Shown here: piece after piece, positions 60,013 to 64,000 of the stretch
How positions within the stretch are numbered: position 1 is the stretch's first letter
How the letters are laid out: each line of letters begins with the position of its first letter
NCBI RefSeq assembly: GCF_000143415.4
Contig: NW_003314298.1
Location: 186,001 to 250,000, forward strand
Origin: Selaginella moellendorffii
Taxonomy: Eukaryota; Plantae; Lycopodiophyta
Reading direction: 5' to 3'
Length of the DNA stretch: 64,000 nt
Made by a program: the position numbers and the translations under genes
The notes under the pieces: model-generated
The model's database searches: none
The model's input: the letters and a program-made list of their open reading frames with translations, nothing else
What the model was told of the DNA's origin: nothing

Positions 60013-62988
60013 ATGGACGCCTCTTCATCTAGAAAGCGCGGGCGAGAGCCAGGTGAAGAGGGAGAGCAGGAGGAGAAAAAGCGACTTAAAAGAGGTGAGC
60101 TTGCTCGTGTGGAACGTCGTCTGGGGGGAGCAGTAGCGGAAATTGCAGACCTTGAATACAAATTGTGGGAAGCCGGGGAGGATGCCGAACTAAAGGAGCA
60201 GATAGCCTCAGAGAAAGTGCGGGCGAGGGGACTCGAGGTGGATAAGTTGAAACTGGAACGCGAGCTCTCTGAAATGCTCCAGCCGCCACCTCAATCCTTG
60301 AAAAGAGTGGAGGGTATTGCCGAATCAGCATTTGCGCAGGAGTACCAAAGAGTTGGGGGATTAGACAACGTGGAGTCGTTGCGTGAGAAGCTGGAAGAAA
60401 CAGGAGACATGTGGAAGACGGAGAAGAACATGATAGCACCTGTTGTCACGTTAGTTCAGTCGAGTGGCTGGGGAAAGCCGAGGATTACCTGCGAGCTTGC
60501 GAATTTAGGTGTGTTCGTCATCTACTGCTCATTCGCTTCATCTGGCACCGCGTACCCTCCAAGGTCTGCCTTTGCGGACTTCTTCTACACAAACGCCGTC
60601 AAATTGCTCAGCTCGGGTCCTACGCTTTTGTCGCAGAGCAGGTTCATGCTCTTCTGCATTGACTACTTTGTATCATGCATCGAGGCTCTTCTGCAGCTGA
60701 CTTCCGGGGAGGACCCCATGGATGCCAAGAAGTTCTTGAACGATCTCATGGTTGGGGAGAACTTTTGGGGACTGGTACAGGCGAAGATGGAGATAGGAAG
60801 CGAAGCCCGGGAGGAGTTTGCGAAGCGCCTTGACGTCGGCCTGAAACAGAAGCCTGGCGAGAACACCAATATCTGGGGCATCTGGGAAAGTAAGGTGTTT
60901 AAGAAGTACAACACGCTTGAAGGTCTACTGTCGAATGTTCCAGCTCCTACCAAAGGAAAACTGAAGGTCCTGTTTGTCATGGACGAAGCCCGATGGTTTG
61001 CTTGGCATGCTGATCCGACAACTGTTGCTGCATTTGTTCCTGCAAGGAGAGCTTCCAGGGTGTTGCCTGAAAATGGGAGTGTGTCGGTGATGTTCACCGA
61101 CACAAACGGGAGGCTAAACAATTTTGTGCCGGCCAATAAGGCAGATAGTAGCGATCGAGTGGCTGCGGCGGGAAAGCTAGTTGCACATCCAGCGTACTGC
61201 TTTTTCTTCGCACACTTGCCATCGGACGAACAAACAGGTGGCCTTCGGCTTGCTGAAGTTGAAGATCTGGGTCGTCTTTGCGGCTATGGTCGGCCACTGT
61301 GGCAAGCATTGGTGAAGGCTTCCGGAAGTGCAGGTGACGTGCTGCTTTTGGCTGTAGATAAGCTCCTGGGTGGCACTGGTTCGTTCAACAAGTTTTTGTT
61401 TGAAAGAGGTCTATCAGCTGAGGCTTGTCTGGCTACACTGGGCTGCAGAGTATGCATCGACATCAATCCGCATGCCACAATTATCACTGATATGGTTGCA
61501 AGTCACCTACTTAGCGTGATGTCCATTTCTGATGACCAGACTCTTGTTTGGACGCATTGGGCTACGGAGCCACTGGTTGCAGCGGCTGCAGCACAGGTTT
61601 TGCGTGCACAAGGGAAGATTGGGAGGACAGGGTGGGAGGAGTGCTTGGAGGCACTTGTAACTGGGATGAAGCGTGGATGGGTTGATCGAGGTTACAGGGG
61701 CGAGTTGGTTGCACGGGTGCTGCTACTACTTGCAGTGGATAGTCCAGGCAGAAGTTCATGGAAGTGCTTTACTTTTGACGAGCTTTGCCATGGCTTAAGT
61801 GGGAAGTCGCTGTCCGATCTTATTGGAGAAGATGAGCAGAATTCAGCATCTCCGGCCCCCAAGGCTCCAGGTGGTGGAGAAGAGGCGCAGGTGGAAGTAA
61901 ACATGCCGCCACCTCCGGCCTCGGCTTTGAAGCGCAGGGTTAAAGTAAACAAAAAATTTCCGGCGTCCCTGTCCAAAGCTCCAGGAGAAAAAGCGCAGGT
62001 CAAAGTAAACACGCCGCCACCTGAGGTGAAGTCGCCATCTCCAACGCTGACGGCCTCGAAAGCTCCAGGTGGAAGTACGCACAATGCTGAAGGGGAAGGG
62101 GAAACAAAACAAGCAGGTGGCTCTATAGATGGAAGTGGTAAAGAAGAAATCCGCAGAAACATGGGTGAAGCCAAGTTTTTTTGCCTGCTATTCAGGAAAA
62201 CCGACTTCCGACTGCAGGACCTCACTGCAAAAGATTTGCTTGAATTTGGAAAGGCTGGCGTGGGAATCATTTGCCGTGAAAATGAATGGGGCATAGACAT
62301 CGTCATCGTTGGGTTCTTTGGTGACACGTTTAGCCTGGAGACGATGACACTCATTTTGGTGCAGGTGAAACACACAGAGAAGCTTGATGTTGATTTAGCA
62401 TGTGCTAAATGCTCTCCGGAGTTTTCTCAGATGTTGAGTAGCAGTGCAGGGCCTCAAGGTTGGACTGGGTTGAAGGTGCCATACGCCAGTCTGGTTTTGA
62501 ATGTGGCCCGTGTGCCTTCCAGCAGTGTTTGTTACAGAACTAGGAAACTTGTCACAGAAGCATTGCTGAAGAAGACGCCTGCAAATCAGTCCATGGCAAT
62601 GGCTCTCCATGACGCTCATCTGGAATGCAAAGGCCTTCAGGAATGGACAAAAGGCTATGATGGGGATAGATCACACCCGGTATTCAAGTCATGGGAACGG
62701 TATTTTGCTTCAGATGATCGTCTCCAACACATTGTGGTCATTCAAGGTACGTTTGTGCTGTTTCATTTTCAATCACTTGATGTTCTCTTTTGCACTCCAG
62801 GTTTGGATGCATTCTCATCCAAGGACAAAGTGAAAGACCTGGTCGACATCTCTCTGGATGCTACTGCAGACATGAGGAAACTAGAACGAGTTCAGACGAA
62901 GTATGCACATAGAATGTTTGGATGGGTTAAGAACACGGAAATGCGCAAGTGTTTGGCGCCAAAGCTCAGTGTGAAAAAGAGTAAGTAA
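60013..62988 (+). CDS. Crinkler/CR-type protein, 991 aa: basic NLS-like N-terminus, coiled coil, P-loop NTPase, PD-(D/E)xK-like nuclease, C-terminal domain
   Basis: Intronless open ORF; RKR..KKRLKR; LVQSSGWGKPR; LFVMDEAR; FTDTNGRLNNF; YGRPLW; RGYRGELVAR; GIDIVI; LVQVK. Confidence 0.8.
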   Translation: MDASSSRKRGREPGEEGEQEEKKRLKRGELARVERRLGGAVAEIADLEYKLWEAGEDAELKEQIASEKVRARGLEVDKLKLERELSEMLQPPPQSLKRVEGIAESAFAQEYQRVGGLDNVESLREKLEETGDMWKTEKNMIAPVVTLVQSSGWGKPRITCELANLGVFVIYCSFASSGTAYPPRSAFADFFYTNAVKLLSSGPTLLSQSRFMLFCIDYFVSCIEALLQLTSGEDPMDAKKFLNDLMVGENFWGLVQAKMEIGSEAREEFAKRLDVGLKQKPGENTNIWGIWESKVFKKYNTLEGLLSNVPAPTKGKLKVLFVMDEARWFAWHADPTTVAAFVPARRASRVLPENGSVSVMFTDTNGRLNNFVPANKADSSDRVAAAGKLVAHPAYCFFFAHLPSDEQTGGLRLAEVEDLGRLCGYGRPLWQALVKASGSAGDVLLLAVDKLLGGTGSFNKFLFERGLSAEACLATLGCRVCIDINPHATIITDMVASHLLSVMSISDDQTLVWTHWATEPLVAAAAAQVLRAQGKIGRTGWEECLEALVTGMKRGWVDRGYRGELVARVLLLLAVDSPGRSSWKCFTFDELCHGLSGKSLSDLIGEDEQNSASPAPKAPGGGEEAQVEVNMPPPPASALKRRVKVNKKFPASLSKAPGEKAQVKVNTPPPEVKSPSPTLTASKAPGGSTHNAEGEGETKQAGGSIDGSGKEEIRRNMGEAKFFCLLFRKTDFRLQDLTAKDLLEFGKAGVGIICRENEWGIDIVIVGFFGDTFSLETMTLILVQVKHTEKLDVDLACAKCSPEFSQMLSSSAGPQGWTGLKVPYASLVLNVARVPSSSVCYRTRKLVTEALLKKTPANQSMAMALHDAHLECKGLQEWTKGYDGDRSHPVFKSWERYFASDDRLQHIVVIQGTFVLFHFQSLDVLFCTPGLDAFSSKDKVKDLVDISLDATADMRKLERVQTKYAHRMFGWVKNTEMRKCLAPKLSVKKSK

Positions 62989-64000
62989 AACAGAGAATTT
63001 TTTTGAGAAATAATCTGAAATTCCTTCTCCATTGCAGAGGTGCAGATGGAATTATCTTAGGTGGTGAGATTTAAGGACTTTGTAGATTCTAGAATCAAGA
63101 GCAAGTGCCAATATTTTAATTAATTTTTTTGCATGTGGTATGGTGTATTATCCAGGTTTCTGACGGTTTATGTTATAATGATAAAACAAATAATGATAAT
63201 TGATTAAAAATTTTACAATTTTAATTATAAAATTTTAATTATATATTAATTATATTTTGAAATGTGCATTAAAATTTTTAGGCAAAGCTTTGATTGAAAG
63301 TATAGAATATCATTCCAAGATGTAAAATAGTAAAGGTATTAGTAATATCCTTATAAGTTTCATTACTAGCAATGTCGAAAATTAACTCTTAAACTCAATT
63401 TTCTTTAAGAATGAGAGTATATAGATGAGTGAGTGTGGTGATGTGGTTGCCACTAAAGTATCATCAAGTTTATCATTGCACCAATTAGAGTTGTTATTAG
63501 TAATATATTATGGATTTAGTTTATGTAATATTGTATTTTAATTGTAACACTATTGAAATATAATTATTAAACAATAAAAAAAACTATAGTGACTATTATG
63601 AATTACAACTACAAAAGAAAATTTGAAAAAACTTTAGGATAAGCCACATTCTCAGCTACTGCTCACAAATTTCTCCTCAGTACACTTCATGTTAGTTTTT
63701 GTTTTTGTGAGCATACAAAAAAGGCCATTTCTGTTTTGGAGGTCTCACTTAGTATATTAATCATTTTCTTAATTATATTATCTAAAAAACATATACTTAG
63801 CTAATTAATTAGGATTAATTAAAGGAATATTCAAGCTTGATTCCCATTATACAGCAAATAATTAATATAAACTAAGAGTTTTTTACAAACAAAACCCACT
63901 CATGTGCAAAAAAGTAGATATACCAAAGATATGTTTATTAAAATGCGAGTACATTACTATATTTTCACCTCTTATGTCAAAATTTCTAGCTAATAAAACC
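62989..64000. repeat. Duplicated flank: rc of about 19480-20430; the last about 220 bp is also a direct copy of about 26975-27190
   Basis: Shared blocks such as GAATATTCAAGCTTGATTCCCATTATACA. Confidence 0.92.

Overview
This is eukaryotic land-plant nuclear DNA. It is probably a lycophyte such as Selaginella (inferred from the PLS-class PPR style, very short LTRs and Crinkler-type genes, not proven). The window is a heavily rearranged, TE-rich amplicon. (1) Three copies of one Ty3/gypsy family ('A'). The copy at 54834-59843 is complete, with 174-bp LTRs, a 4-bp TSD, a tRNA-Ala-type PBS and a G-GGA-AAC slippery site plus H-type pseudoknot for -1 gag-pol frameshifting. (2) A second gypsy family ('B', Athila/Tat-like domains, 32126-39420, 4-bp TSD, tRNA-Trp-type PBS). 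It has no polypurine tract and instead has a tRNA-3'-end-like sequence abutting the 3' LTR. A scrambled duplicate lies at 8827-14606. (3) An old chromovirus relic ('C') hosting B and a SWIM-finger DNA transposon. (4) Two satellite-bearing LTRs ('X'). (5) An inverted duplication with arms of about 11-12 kb (8827-19690 / 26970-39307) carrying arrays of a 22-26-bp palindrome. (6) A mosaic of host gene fragments (DnaJ, F-box-like, MOT molybdate transporter, PPR). (7) Two full-length copies and one fragment of an intronless Crinkler/CR-type P-loop NTPase + PD-(D/E)xK nuclease gene. The only long intact ORF is 60013-62988 (991 aa). All comparisons were made by eye and no database searches were run.
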